A DNA stretch of 64,000 bases from an uncultured Actinomycetes bacterium (GCA_963781345.1 CAWAFQ010000015.1:1064-65063), one strand, 5' to 3'; counted from the first letter of the stretch, positions 1 through 10,503 are shown. A program made the numbers and translations. Notes: a model not told the origin generated them from the sequence alone.

Positions 1-1
1 G

Positions 2-502
2 AACCGCTACCTCGAGCAGGCCGACCTCTCGCCACACGACGCCGAGCGCGATGCCAGCTTTGCCTCGCTGCCCTCGGTGGTGATGATCGACGGAGGCAAG
101 GGCCAGCTCGCCGCCGGAATGCGGGTTCTGAAGCCCTTCACCGAGTTGGGGGTGACCGTTGTCAGCCTCGCGAAGAGGATCGAGGAGGTCTACGTGCCGG
201 GGCGATCGGCGCCGATCGACCTCGCAGCCGAATCGGAGGCGTCGAAGCTTCTGCAGCGCGTCCGCGACGAGGCCCACCGATTTGCGATCGAGCATCACCG
301 TGGCCGTCGCGACCGGGCGATGACCGGCTCGGTGTTCGACAAGCTCAGGGGCGTGGGGCCCGTGCGCAAGCGAGCCCTGATCCAGCATTTCGGCTCTCCA
401 GAGCGGTTTCTCGCCGCCAGCAGGGAGGAGCTCGAGGCGGTGCCCGGCGTGCCTGGCAAGGTTGCGCGTGAAATCCACGAGCAGCTGAACAGGACGGGAT
501 GA
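2..502 (+). CDS. uvrC: Excinuclease ABC subunit C, C-terminal fragment (5' end lies outside the window)
   Basis: The frame of ORF 77..502 stays open back to the window edge. It contains IDGGKGQL and a C-terminal helix-hairpin-helix (GVGPVRKRALIQHFGS). rapZ follows with overlapping stop/start. Confidence 0.85.
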   Translation, partial: NRYLEQADLSPHDAERDASFASLPSVVMIDGGKGQLAAGMRVLKPFTELGVTVVSLAKRIEEVYVPGRSAPIDLAAESEASKLLQRVRDEAHRFAIEHHRGRRDRAMTGSVFDKLRGVGPVRKRALIQHFGSPERFLAASREELEAVPGVPGKVAREIHEQLNRTG

Positions 503-1385
503 GCGCGAAGGCCCCAACGCCGGTGACGATGGTTGTCATCACCGGCCACTCCGGCGCCGGCAAGTCGGAGGCGATCGCCGCCTTCGAGGACGGCGGCTAC
601 TTCTGCGTCGACAACCTGCCGCCGCGGATGATCGGCTCCCTCGGAGAGCTCTTCCGCCACGAGGGCAGCGCTGTCGAGCGCGCCGCCGTCGTCTCCGACG
701 TCCGCGGCGGCGAGTACTTCGACGACCTGATCCAGGTCCTCGACGATCTCGAGAGCGACAACCTGCGGCCGAGGGTGCTCTTTCTCGAGGCCGACGAGGA
801 AACGCTTGTCGACCGCTACAAGGAAACGCGAAGGCGCCACCCGCTTGCGCCCGAGGGCAGGATCGTCGAGGGGATCCGGGCCGAGCGCGAGATGCTGGCT
901 CCGTTGCGTGAGCGCGCCGATGTCGTCATGGACACGAGCGATCTCACCGGCGGAGAGCTGCGTCGTCGGATCGCCGACGAGATGCTCTCCGAGACTCCCG
1001 GCGGCAAGCTGGCACTCACCCTGCTCACCTTCGGCTTCAAGAACGGGCCTCCTCGCGACGCCGACCTCACCCTCGACGTCCGCTTCCTTCCCAACCCCCA
1101 CTACGTCGACGACCTGCGCCCACTGACCGGGCTGGACCAGTCGGTGCGCGGTACGTCGAGTCCGGAACCCAGGCCGGCGAGTTCTACGGGCGGCTGCTTC
1201 CGTTGCTCGAGTTCCTCGTGCCCGCCTACGTCGCCGAGGGTAAGAGCCACCTGACGATCGCCGTCGGCTGCACCGGTGGGCGCCACCGCTCGGTCACCGT
1301 CGCCGACCGGATCCGGCGCGATCTCCAGCAGCGCGAGGACGTCGTCATCGGGGTCAAGCATCGCGACGTCGAGCTCGAGGACTGA
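499..1385 (+). pseudogene. rapZ: RNase adapter / nucleotide-binding protein RapZ, frame disrupted near 1150 in this sequence (possibly a sequencing indel)
   Basis: Walker A GHSGAGKS is present. The N-terminal part is in ORF 499..1254. The conserved C-terminus LLEFLVPAYVAEGKSHLTIAVGCTGGRHRSV is in ORF 1203..1385, in the -1 frame. The frames join at CGC-GG-TAC, where one G appears to be missing. Confidence 0.85.
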
Positions 1386-1439
1386 GAAAGAGCTCAGAGA
1401 GCAGGGAGCCTCGAGCCTGCTCCACCTACCATCCACCTG

Positions 1440-2473
1440 GTGCCCCCCGTGATCTCCATCAGTGGCCTGCAGATGTCCTACGGCGAGGTCGAGGCCGTTT
1501 GCGGCATCGACCTCGAGGTCGAGGCCGGCGAGATCTTCGCTTTCCTCGGGCCCAACGGAGCCGGCAAGACGACCACGGTCGAGATCCTCGAGGGCTACCG
1601 CAAGCGGACCGGGGGAGAGGTCGAGGTGCTCGGCGAGGATCCCGAGCGGGCCGGTTCGGAGTGGCGCGAGCGGATCGGGATTGTCCTTCAGAGTGACAAG
1701 CTCGACCCCTACCTGACGGTGCGCGAGTCGCTCGAGCTCTACGCCGGCTACTACCGGGCGCCGAGGCCGGTGGACGAGGTCATCGACCTGGTCGGGCTCG
1801 GCGGCAAGTCGGATCAGCGCGCGAGCCGGCTCTCGGGGGGCCAGCAGCGGCGCCTCGACGTCGGCATCGCCCTGGTCGGGGACCCCGAACTGCTCTTTCT
1901 CGACGAGCCGACGACTGGGTTTGACCCCTCCGCCCGGCGCCAGGCATGGGAGGTGATCGGGGGCCTTCGCGACCTCGGCAAGACGGTTTTCCTCACCACC
2001 CATTACATGGATGAGGCCCAGCGCCTCGCCGACCGGGTGACGATCATCTCGCGCGGGGAGATCGTCGCCCGCGGGACTCCCGAGGACCTGGGCGACCGCG
2101 AGAACCAGCCGACCAGAGTCAGCTTCAAGCTTCCCTCGGGGGTGAGCCTGGCGGAGCTCCCGGCCGAGGCGCCGAGTGCCCCGGCGCCAATGGCGTGGCC
2201 ACCTTCCAGACCATGACCCCGGTCAGAGCGCTTCACGACCTCACCAGCTGGGCGCTCGAGCGAAACGTCGAGCTCGAGGGGCTCGAGGTTTCGCGCCCGA
2301 GCCTCGAGGACATCTACCTGGAGCTGACCGCCGAGGATGGCGAGGAGGCTGTTGAGCAGGGTCCCCAGAGCCCCGGCACGCCCGCAGGGGTCCGCCCGGC
2401 GGGCGAATCACCGGTCGCTGACGCCCCCCGCGAGGACCTGCCCGAGGACGTGCCGGGCGGTGTCGTCCGATGA
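1440..2473 (+). pseudogene. ABC transporter ATP-binding protein (DrrA/ABC-2 type), frame disrupted between about 2160 and 2194
   Basis: Walker A GPNGAGKTT, signature LSGGQQRRL and Walker B LLFLDEPTTGFD are present. The typical C-terminal EVSRPSLEDIYLELT lies in ORF 2195..2473, in the -1 frame. The stop overlaps the permease start (ATGA at 2470). Confidence 0.8.
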
Positions 2474-3246
2474 GCGGAGCCGCCCTCGCGCTGCACCAGT
2501 TCCGCTACGACCAGAAGACCTTCTGGCGCAACCCCGCATCGGTCTTCTTCACGGTCATGTTCCCGGTCGTCCTGCTGCTGATCTTCGCGACCGTGTTCGG
2601 GGGCCAGACCGTTGACGTTCGCGGTGGGATCAAGACGACGACCTACTACGTGCCGGCGATCATCACCCTCTCGATCATCTCGGCGACGATGCAGAGCCTG
2701 GCGATGTCGCTGACGATCGCCCGCGAGGACGGCAGGCTCAAGCGCGGCAGAGGGACCCCGATGCCGGCCTGGGTGTTCGTCGCCGGCCGCGTCGGCAACG
2801 CGATCGTCGTCTCGCTGCTGATGCTCGCCCTGCTTGCCGCGATCGGAAGGCTGCTCTACGGGGTGGGAATTCCCTGGGAGAGGCTGCCGGCGATCCTGAT
2901 CACTCTGGTCGTCGGCGCCGCCTCGTTCTGCTGCCTCGGCATCGCGCTGACGGCGCTGATCCCCTCGCAGGACGCGGCCGCGCCGATCGTCAACGCGATC
3001 CTGCTCCCTCTCTACTTCCTCTCCGGTGTGTTCATCCCCGACGACCAGCTTCCCAGCGGCGTGATCCACTTCGCCGACGCCTTCCCGATCCGCCACTTCT
3101 TCGAGGCCTTCTTCAGCGCCTACGTGCCGGCCGGTGCGGGCGGCTCCGGAATCGAGTGGGGGAGTCTCGCGATTGTCGCGGTCTGGGGAGTGGCGGGCCT
3201 GCTGTTTGCGGTTCGCTTCTTCCGCTGGACACCCAGATCGGGCTGA
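2470..3246 (+). CDS. ABC-2 type transporter permease
   Basis: 258-aa hydrophobic protein with about 6 predicted TM segments, translationally coupled to the ATPase. Confidence 0.8.
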   Translation: MSGAALALHQFRYDQKTFWRNPASVFFTVMFPVVLLLIFATVFGGQTVDVRGGIKTTTYYVPAIITLSIISATMQSLAMSLTIAREDGRLKRGRGTPMPAWVFVAGRVGNAIVVSLLMLALLAAIGRLLYGVGIPWERLPAILITLVVGAASFCCLGIALTALIPSQDAAAPIVNAILLPLYFLSGVFIPDDQLPSGVIHFADAFPIRHFFEAFFSAYVPAGAGGSGIEWGSLAIVAVWGVAGLLFAVRFFRWTPRSG

Positions 3247-3255
3247 TCGGACAGG

Positions 3256-3281
3256 GGCCCGGCACGCCGCTCTGCCGGGCC
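3256..3281 (+). terminator. Stem-loop after the ABC operon (GGCCCGGCA-N8-TGCCGGGCC)
   Basis: Perfect 9-bp GC stem starting 10 nt after the permease stop. There is no clear U tract. Confidence 0.45.
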
Positions 3282-3297
3282 GTATAGCCTGCTCGCC

Positions 3298-3660
3298 GTG
3301 TTGCATCACGTCCGCATGGAGGTTGCCGACCTCGAGGCGAGCTCCGCCTTCTATGACGCGTTCCTGGGCCCGCTGGGCTGGCGGCGGCATTTCGAGCGCG
3401 ACGGGACCGTCGGCTGGGGAATCGCCCAGCCGGTCTTCTTCATCTCCGCCGATCACCCTCCGGCGCCCGGGTTCGGCCTGATCTGCTTCTCCGCGAAGGG
3501 CATCGCCGCGGTCAAGGCGGCCTGGGAGGCGGGAGTCGCCGCAGGCGGAGCGAGCATGGGCGAACCCGGCGAAGCGCACGGCCACGGTTCGGGCTCCTAC
3601 TCGGCCTTCCTCAAGGATCCGGATCATTACGACATCGAGGTGACCGTCAGCGGGCGCTGA
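3298..3660 (+). CDS. VOC / glyoxalase-bleomycin resistance family protein
   Basis: 120 aa. HHVRMEVADLEASSAFYD at the N-terminus and FLKDPDHYDIEV at the C-terminus are typical of the family. Confidence 0.7.
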   Translation: MLHHVRMEVADLEASSAFYDAFLGPLGWRRHFERDGTVGWGIAQPVFFISADHPPAPGFGLICFSAKGIAAVKAAWEAGVAAGGASMGEPGEAHGHGSGSYSAFLKDPDHYDIEVTVSGR

Positions 3661-3670
3661 GACTCCATAA

Positions 3671-4726
<1,056 letters not shown>

Positions 4727-4753
4727 GCCGGCGCCGGACGAGAGCCACCCCGG

Positions 4754-5986
4754 TTGAGCTTCACCAAGGCAAGCGTCCGCGACGCCGACGTCTCCGGCAG
4801 GAGGGTCCTGGTGCGGGTCGACTTCAACGTCCCGCTTGCCGACGGCGTCGTCGAGGACGACACCAGGATCAGGGCCGCGCTGGAGACGATCCGGTTGCTG
4901 CGCGATCGCGGGGCCATCGTGATCCTCGTCTCCCACCTCGGCAGGCCCGGCGGCGCGCCGGATCCGGCGCTCTCGATGACACCTGTGGGCGAACGGCTCT
5001 CGCAGCTGCTCGGGGCCGACGTCGATGTCGCTCCCGGGGTCGTCGGCGAGGCGGTGTCGGCGCAGGTCGAGACGATGGGGCCCGGTGACGTGCTGCTGCT
5101 GGAAAACAGCCGCTTCGAGCCGGGGGAGACGACGAATGACCCCGATCTCTCCCGGCAACTGGCCGCCCTGGCTGAGCTCTACGTCAATGACGCCTTCGGT
5201 GCGGCCCACCGCGCGCACGCAACCACCGAGGGCGTGGCCCACCACCTGCCGGCCTTCGCCGGGTTGCTGCTCGAGCGCGAGTTGACGGAGCTGGGCTCGG
5301 TCACAGCCGACCCGAGGCGCCCGCTCGTCGTCGTCCTCGGTGGCGCCAAGGTGAGTGACAAGATCGGGGTCATCGATCGCTTCCTCGAGATCGCTGAGGA
5401 GATCCTGATCGGCGGGGCCATGTGCTTCAGCTTCTTCCGTGCGCAGGGGATCGCGACCGGTGATTCCCTCCTCGAGGAGGGGGAGGGGATCGCGGCCGCC
5501 GAGCGAGCCCTGCGCAAGGCCGAGGATTCGGGGTGCAGGCTGAGACTTCCGGTGGACCTCGTCCTCGGCGATCGCTTTGCCGCCGACGCCCGCCGAAGGG
5601 TCGGCGACGGGGTCGAGGTCCCGGACGGGTGGATGGGGCTAGACATCGGGCCGCGGACCGCGGCTGCCTACGCCGAGGCGATCTCGGCCGCGGGCACGGT
5701 GCTCTGGAACGGCCCGATGGGGGCGTTCGAGCTGGAGCCGTTCGCCGCCGGGACCCGAACCGTCGCCGAGGCGGTCGCGGCCGCCGACGGAACCACGGTC
5801 GTCGGCGGCGGGGACTCGGTCGCCGCGCTGCAGCAGTTCGGCCTTGCCGAGAGGGTGGACTGGCTCAGCACCGGCGGCGGAGCGTCGCTGGAGCTGCTCG
5901 AGGGCAGGGCGCTGCCAGGGGTCGAGGCGCTGATGGAGAGGCCAGAAACTGCAAGCCGCAAGTCGGAGAACGGAGAATCGGCGTGA
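4754..5986 (+). CDS. pgk: Phosphoglycerate kinase
   Basis: Contains RVDFNVPL and a GGGDS motif. 410 aa, TTG start. Confidence 0.95.
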   Translation: MSFTKASVRDADVSGRRVLVRVDFNVPLADGVVEDDTRIRAALETIRLLRDRGAIVILVSHLGRPGGAPDPALSMTPVGERLSQLLGADVDVAPGVVGEAVSAQVETMGPGDVLLLENSRFEPGETTNDPDLSRQLAALAELYVNDAFGAAHRAHATTEGVAHHLPAFAGLLLERELTELGSVTADPRRPLVVVLGGAKVSDKIGVIDRFLEIAEEILIGGAMCFSFFRAQGIATGDSLLEEGEGIAAAERALRKAEDSGCRLRLPVDLVLGDRFAADARRRVGDGVEVPDGWMGLDIGPRTAAAYAEAISAAGTVLWNGPMGAFELEPFAAGTRTVAEAVAAADGTTVVGGGDSVAALQQFGLAERVDWLSTGGGASLELLEGRALPGVEALMERPETASRKSENGESA

Positions 5987-6738
5987 GCGAGAGACGGCCG
6001 TATGTGGCGGCGAACTGGAAGATGAACAAGACGGTGGCCGAGGCCGAGGCGTTCCTCGCTGACTTCCTGCCCCGCGCGCCCGGACCGGACGGGCCCGAGG
6101 TCGTGATCTGTCCGGCCTTCCCGGTCCTGCCGAGCACCGTCGAGCGATGTGCCCCGACAGCGGTCCGGGTCGCCGCCCAGAACATGCACGAGGAGGTCTC
6201 GGGAGCCTTCACCGGCGAGGTGTCGGCGCCGATGCTGGTGCAGGCGGGAGTCGACGCCGTCATCCTCGGCCACTCGGAGCGTCGCCAGCTCTTCGGAGAG
6301 ACGGACGAGGCCCTGGCCCGCAAGCTGCCGGCGGCCATTGCGGCAGGCCTGGAGCCGATCCTCTGCGTCGGTGAGACCGAGGAGGCTCGCGACGCCGAGC
6401 AGACAGAGGCCGTGCTCGAGAGCCAGATCCAGGCCGATCTCGAGGGGGTCGAGGCCGCTCACATGGACCGGATCGTTGTCGCCTACGAGCCGATCTGGGC
6501 GATCGGCACCGGCCGCACCGCGACGCCGCAACAGGCGCAGGAGGCGATCGCTTTCATCCGCGACACTCTCCGCGCCCGCGGCGGCGATGCCGACCGCGTC
6601 CGCATCCTCTACGGCGGCTCGGTCAAGCCCGGCAACGCAGCCGAGCTGATCGGGCAGGCCGACATCGACGGAGCCCTGGTCGGCGGCGCGAGCCTCAAGG
6701 CGGGCGATTTCGCCGGGATAGTCGAAGCGGTCGGATGA
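5983..6738 (+). CDS. tpiA: Triose-phosphate isomerase
   Basis: The GTG at 5983 overlaps the pgk stop (GTGA). Contains VAANWKMNK, ILGHSERR, AYEPIWAIGTG and GGASL. The longer track ORF starting at 5533 is an out-of-context extension. Confidence 0.95.
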   Translation: MSERRPYVAANWKMNKTVAEAEAFLADFLPRAPGPDGPEVVICPAFPVLPSTVERCAPTAVRVAAQNMHEEVSGAFTGEVSAPMLVQAGVDAVILGHSERRQLFGETDEALARKLPAAIAAGLEPILCVGETEEARDAEQTEAVLESQIQADLEGVEAAHMDRIVVAYEPIWAIGTGRTATPQQAQEAIAFIRDTLRARGGDADRVRILYGGSVKPGNAAELIGQADIDGALVGGASLKAGDFAGIVEAVG

Positions 6739-8249
6739 CGGTGCCCTCGCTTGCGCTGGTCATCCTCGACGGCTGGGGCCTGGCGCCGCCCGGGCCGGGC
6801 AACGCGATCGCACAGGCGGACACGCCCAACTTCGATCGCCTCTGGTCCGGCTACCCCCATACGCAACTGTCCGCGCAGGGACGGGACGTGGGGCTGCCGG
6901 ACGGGCAGATGGGCAACTCCGAGGTCGGCCATCTCAACCTCGGCGCCGGGACGATCGTCAAGCAGGACCTCGCCCGGATCGACGATTCGATCGCCGACGG
7001 GACCTTCTTCGAGAACGAGGCGCTGCTGGCAGCCTGCAAGCGCGCCCGCTCGAGCCCGAGCCAGCGGCTGCACCTGCTCGGCCTCGTCTCCGATGGCGGC
7101 GTCCACTCCGGTTGGGAGCACCTCGAGGCCTGCGTCGAGATCGCCACCCAGGAGGGTGTGCCCGAGGTCGTCTTCCATGCCTTCACCGATGGCCGCGACA
7201 CCCTTCCCAGCGCCGGCCGAGGCTACCTGGCTGAGCTGGAGCGCTGGCTGCGTCTCGCGGGCCGGGTCGGAACCGTCGGCGGCCGCTATTACGCGATGGA
7301 CCGCGACACGCGCTGGGAGCGGGTCAAGCTCGCCTACGACGCGATCGTCCACGGCGAGGGGCTCGAGGCGGCGAGCGCAGATGAGGCGATCGCCTCCGCC
7401 TACGAGCGCGGCGAGACCGACGAGTTCGTCAAGCCGACCGTCGTCGGCGGCTACACCGGGGTCGAGGAGGGAGACGTCGCGATCTTCGTCAACTTCCGGC
7501 CCGACCGGGCGCGGGAGATGACGATGGCGCTCGGCGATCCGGACTTCGAGGGGTTCCCGCGCTCCGGCGGCCCGTTGATCGACCTGACGACGATGACCTC
7601 ATACCGAAAGGGCTGGCCTTACCCCGTCGCCTTTCCCGAGGATCGCCCGAAGACGACTATCGCCGAGGTCGTCTCCGAGGCCGGCGGCCGCCAGCTCCAC
7701 GTCGCCGAGACCGAGAAGTACGCGCACGTGACCTACTTCTTCAACGGCGGCCGCGAACAGGAGTGGGAGGGGGAGCGGCGTGCCCTCGTCGACTCTCCCC
7801 GCGACGTTGCCACATACGACGAGAAGCCCGAGATGAGCGCCAGGGCCGCCGCCGAGGCGTTCACCGGCGCCTGGGGCGAGGGCGATTACCGCTTCGGGAT
7901 CATCAACTTCGCCAACACCGACATGGTCGGCCACACCGGCGACATCCCCGCCGCGATCACCGCGGTCGAGGAGGTCGATGCCTGCCTCGGCTCGGTCGTC
8001 GCCGCGGTCGAGGCCAAGGGCGGCGCTTGCATCATCACCGCCGACCACGGCAACGCCGACCACATGCTCGAGCCCGACGGCTCACCGAATACGGCCCACT
8101 CGCTCAACCCGGTCCCCCTGATCGTCACCGTCGAAGGCCCAACCCTGCGCGACGGCGGCATCCTCGCCGACGTCGCCCCGACTGCCCTCGAACTGCTCGG
8201 CATCGAGCAGCCCGAGGCGATGACGGGGCGCTCCCTGCTCGTGCCCTGA
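6735..8249 (+). CDS. gpmI: 2,3-bisphosphoglycerate-independent phosphoglycerate mutase
   Basis: Contains LVILDGWG, GNSEVGHLN and ITADHGNAD. 504 aa. The start overlaps the tpiA stop. Confidence 0.95.
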   Translation: MTVPSLALVILDGWGLAPPGPGNAIAQADTPNFDRLWSGYPHTQLSAQGRDVGLPDGQMGNSEVGHLNLGAGTIVKQDLARIDDSIADGTFFENEALLAACKRARSSPSQRLHLLGLVSDGGVHSGWEHLEACVEIATQEGVPEVVFHAFTDGRDTLPSAGRGYLAELERWLRLAGRVGTVGGRYYAMDRDTRWERVKLAYDAIVHGEGLEAASADEAIASAYERGETDEFVKPTVVGGYTGVEEGDVAIFVNFRPDRAREMTMALGDPDFEGFPRSGGPLIDLTTMTSYRKGWPYPVAFPEDRPKTTIAEVVSEAGGRQLHVAETEKYAHVTYFFNGGREQEWEGERRALVDSPRDVATYDEKPEMSARAAAEAFTGAWGEGDYRFGIINFANTDMVGHTGDIPAAITAVEEVDACLGSVVAAVEAKGGACIITADHGNADHMLEPDGSPNTAHSLNPVPLIVTVEGPTLRDGGILADVAPTALELLGIEQPEAMTGRSLLVP

Positions 8250-8296
8250 GCCCGGATCACCCCGGTGGGGCCCTGAGCCCGGATCACCCCGGTGGA
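8243..8296. repeat. 27-bp tandem duplication (GCCCTGAGCCCGGATCACCCCGGTGG x2) that includes the gpmI stop codon
   Basis: Units at 8243-8268 and 8270-8295 are identical. The first contains the gpmI TGA at 8247-8249. Confidence 0.9.
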
Positions 8297-8330
8297 GTGT
8301 CAGTTGGGGGTTCGGAGCGGCTTCTACTGA

Positions 8331-8356
8331 GGGCCCCGCCGTTGAGGGCGGGGCCC
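8331..8356 (+). terminator. Stem-loop GGGCCCCGCC-GTTGAG-GGCGGGGCCC downstream of gpmI
   Basis: Perfect 10-bp GC stem with a 6-nt loop and no U tract. Confidence 0.5.
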
Positions 8357-8397
8357 GATAGCTGAGCGAGGGCCCCCACCGGCGCCGCCGGCATCGT

Positions 8398-8437
8398 TTG
8401 CGTGATTTCGGGGCCCATGGCCCCTGAAATCACGCAA
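8398..8437. repeat. Orphan copy of the start-codon hairpin element seen at the DUF559 gene (TTGCGTGATTTCGGGGCC-CAT-GGCCCCTGAAATCACGCAA)
   Basis: 18/19-nt arms with one bulge. The 23 nt ATGGCCCCTGAAATCACGCAACC are identical to the first 23 nt of the CDS at 30858 (minus strand). Confidence 0.85.
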
Positions 8438-8528
8438 CCTTCGGCGGTGCAGAGGGCCGGGGCGTGCGACTTCGAGCCGTTGCTATCCGTCTCCGAGTGT
8501 GCCGGAAGATTTGGGTGTTAGTCCGGTG

Positions 8529-9068
8529 CTAGCGGTCCTCGGCGAGGATCCCGTAGACCTGCTTGCGGGCTGCGTCAAGCGCGTCGCGCGCGCGAGTCCG
8601 CTGATCCTCTGAGCCCGCGCGCCCCACCTGGAGCACCGCGGCCCGCAGGGCGAGGAACGACTCCCGCAGGTTCACCTCGCCCAGGTCGGCGTCGGCGCTG
8701 ACCTGCTCCCAGGGCAGCTTGCCGCTTCGTCCCTCGGCCGCCTTGCGGCCCTCATCGGTGAGCGAGAACCTGCGCTTGCCGTCCTGATCCTCGCCTTCGA
8801 TCAGGCCGGTCTCCTCGAGCAACTGCAGGGTGGGGTAGATCGAGCCGGCGCTCGGGCGCCAGAGGCCGTTGGTGCGCTCCTCGATCTCCTTGATCATCTC
8901 GTAGCCGTGCATCGGCTCCTCCGCCAGCAGCGCGAGGACCGCGGCGCGGATGTCGCCGCGGCGGGCCCGGGGGCCTCCGCGGCCGAACTGACGGCCGTAG
9001 CCGTGCCTGCGCTTGTCCCGCCTATGGGGCGGGGCACAGCGGTTATGTCTTGCGTGTCTGTCGTGCAT
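8529..9068 (-). CDS. PadR family transcriptional regulator
   Basis: Contains LLALLAEEPMHGYEMIKEIEERTNGLWRPSAGSIYPTLQLLEETGLI, the PadR winged-helix signature. Confidence 0.85.
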   Translation of the reverse strand: MHDRHARHNRCAPPHRRDKRRHGYGRQFGRGGPRARRGDIRAAVLALLAEEPMHGYEMIKEIEERTNGLWRPSAGSIYPTLQLLEETGLIEGEDQDGKRRFSLTDEGRKAAEGRSGKLPWEQVSADADLGEVNLRESFLALRAAVLQVGRAGSEDQRTRARDALDAARKQVYGILAEDR

Positions 9069-9204
9069 TTCGGTTTCCTTTCACTTCGACAGTACGCGAT
9101 ATATCGTAACAGGTCGCTATAGCGTGCGATGGGCCGGTCGAGGCCGCTGTGGCATCGGGCCTGGGCTCGGGCCCCCGTCCCTCCCGCCCGAATACGCTGG
9201 GCCG

Positions 9205-10425
9205 ATGCGCAGCGCACCCGATCGTCTGCGATTCGAGATCCACGCCCGTGAGGGCAGGGCCCGAAGCGGCACCCTGCACACCGCCCACGGCCCGATCTCC
9301 ACTCCGGCCTTCATCCCGCTCGCGACCAAAGGGACTGTCCGCGGCCTCGACACCCCCGAGGTCGCCGATCTCGGCTACCAACTCGTGCTCGGCAACACCT
9401 TCCACCTGCTCGTCTCTCCCGGCCCCGAGCGGATCGCCGATGCCGGCGGCCTGCACGGGTTCATGGGCTGGGAGGGGGCGATCATCACCGACTCCGGCGG
9501 CTTTCAGGTCTTCTCGCTCGCCCATGGCAACGTGGCCGAGGAGATCAAGGGAAGCGGGCGCAGGGGAGAGGGGCAGGGGGCGATCATCGAGATCGAGGAA
9601 GAGGGAGTGCGCTTTCGCTCCTATCGCGACGGTGCCGAGCGCTTCCTCTCCCCGGAGGTCTCGATGCAGATCCAGGCCTCACTCGGCTCCGACATCGCCC
9701 TCGCCTTCGACGAGTGCACCCCCTACCACGCCGACCGCGACTACACCGCCCGCTCGACCGAGCGCACCCACCGCTGGCTCGAGCGCTGCATCGCCTGGCA
9801 CGGCGCCGAGGGACCCAAACGCCAGGCGGTCTTCGGGATCGTCCAGGGCGGAGTTCACGAGGACCTGCGACGGGCCTCGGCGCAGTTCGTCTCCGAGGCC
9901 GCGGTCGACGGGATCGCGATCGGCGGCACGCTCGGCCGCGACAAGGCCGAGATGCGCGGCGTCCTCGGAATAACCGCCCCGCTGCTGCCGCCGGAGGCTC
10001 CCAAGCACCTGCTCGGGATCGGCGAGGTCGACGACCTCCTCGACGGGATCGCCCTCGGCCTCGACATCTTCGACTGCGCCGTCCCGACCCGGCTCGCCCG
10101 CCACGGCGTCGCGATCGTGCCGGACCCGGAGAAGCGCTTTCGGCTCGACCTGCGCCGCTCGGGGCACGCCGGCGACCGTGAGCCGATCGTCGCCGGTTGC
10201 CCCTGTCCCGCCTGCACCGGGCACGACCGTGACTACATCAGCTACCTCTCCCGGGCCGAGGAGCTGACCGCGGTGCGGCTTCTCGTGCTTCACAACCTGA
10301 CCTATCTCGAGCTTCTGATGGCCGCAGCGCGGGAGGCGATCGCGGCGGGTGGCTTCGGCGCCTACCGCGAGGCGAGCCTCAATGGCGCCATGACGCCGTG
10401 GGATGCTCTCGGGAAAACCAAGTAA
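9205..10425 (+). CDS. tgt: tRNA-guanine (queuine) transglycosylase
   Basis: Starts at ATG 9205 (MRSAPDRLRFEI..). Contains HGPISTPAFIPLATKG, ITDSGGFQV and the Zn site CPCPAC..H. The track ORF starting at 9013 is an upstream extension. Confidence 0.9.
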   Translation: MRSAPDRLRFEIHAREGRARSGTLHTAHGPISTPAFIPLATKGTVRGLDTPEVADLGYQLVLGNTFHLLVSPGPERIADAGGLHGFMGWEGAIITDSGGFQVFSLAHGNVAEEIKGSGRRGEGQGAIIEIEEEGVRFRSYRDGAERFLSPEVSMQIQASLGSDIALAFDECTPYHADRDYTARSTERTHRWLERCIAWHGAEGPKRQAVFGIVQGGVHEDLRRASAQFVSEAAVDGIAIGGTLGRDKAEMRGVLGITAPLLPPEAPKHLLGIGEVDDLLDGIALGLDIFDCAVPTRLARHGVAIVPDPEKRFRLDLRRSGHAGDREPIVAGCPCPACTGHDRDYISYLSRAEELTAVRLLVLHNLTYLELLMAAAREAIAAGGFGAYREASLNGAMTPWDALGKTK

Positions 10426-10503
10426 CGACGATGACACAGCGGAGCGGGCCGACTAGGTTCGTCTCACCTGACCTGAAACAAACAGAAGCAGGGGAGGGTT
10501 CTG

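Noticed and set aside
1440-3246. ABC transporter as the missing CcmAB heme exporter
   Set aside because: The ATPase has the long DrrA-type C-terminal domain. The permease is a 258-aa ABC-2 family protein without CcmB or CcmC features such as a WWD motif. It is also 16 kb from the ccm genes.
5533-5982. N-terminal 150 codons of track ORF 5533..6738
   Set aside because: This part overlaps the pgk coding frame and is Arg/Gly-rich nonsense. TpiA homology begins at GTG 5983 (VSERRPYVAANWKMNK), which overlaps the pgk stop.
9097-9106. Palindrome CGATATATCG between padR and tgt as a PadR operator
   Set aside because: It is only 10 bp and does not match any PadR operator pattern I can name with confidence. 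It may simply be the AT-rich -10 region.
9013-9204. Upstream extension of the tgt ORF and the overlapping PadR N-terminus
   Set aside because: Tgt homology starts at ATG 9205. The extension overlaps the padR 5' end on the other strand and has no Tgt-like sequence.
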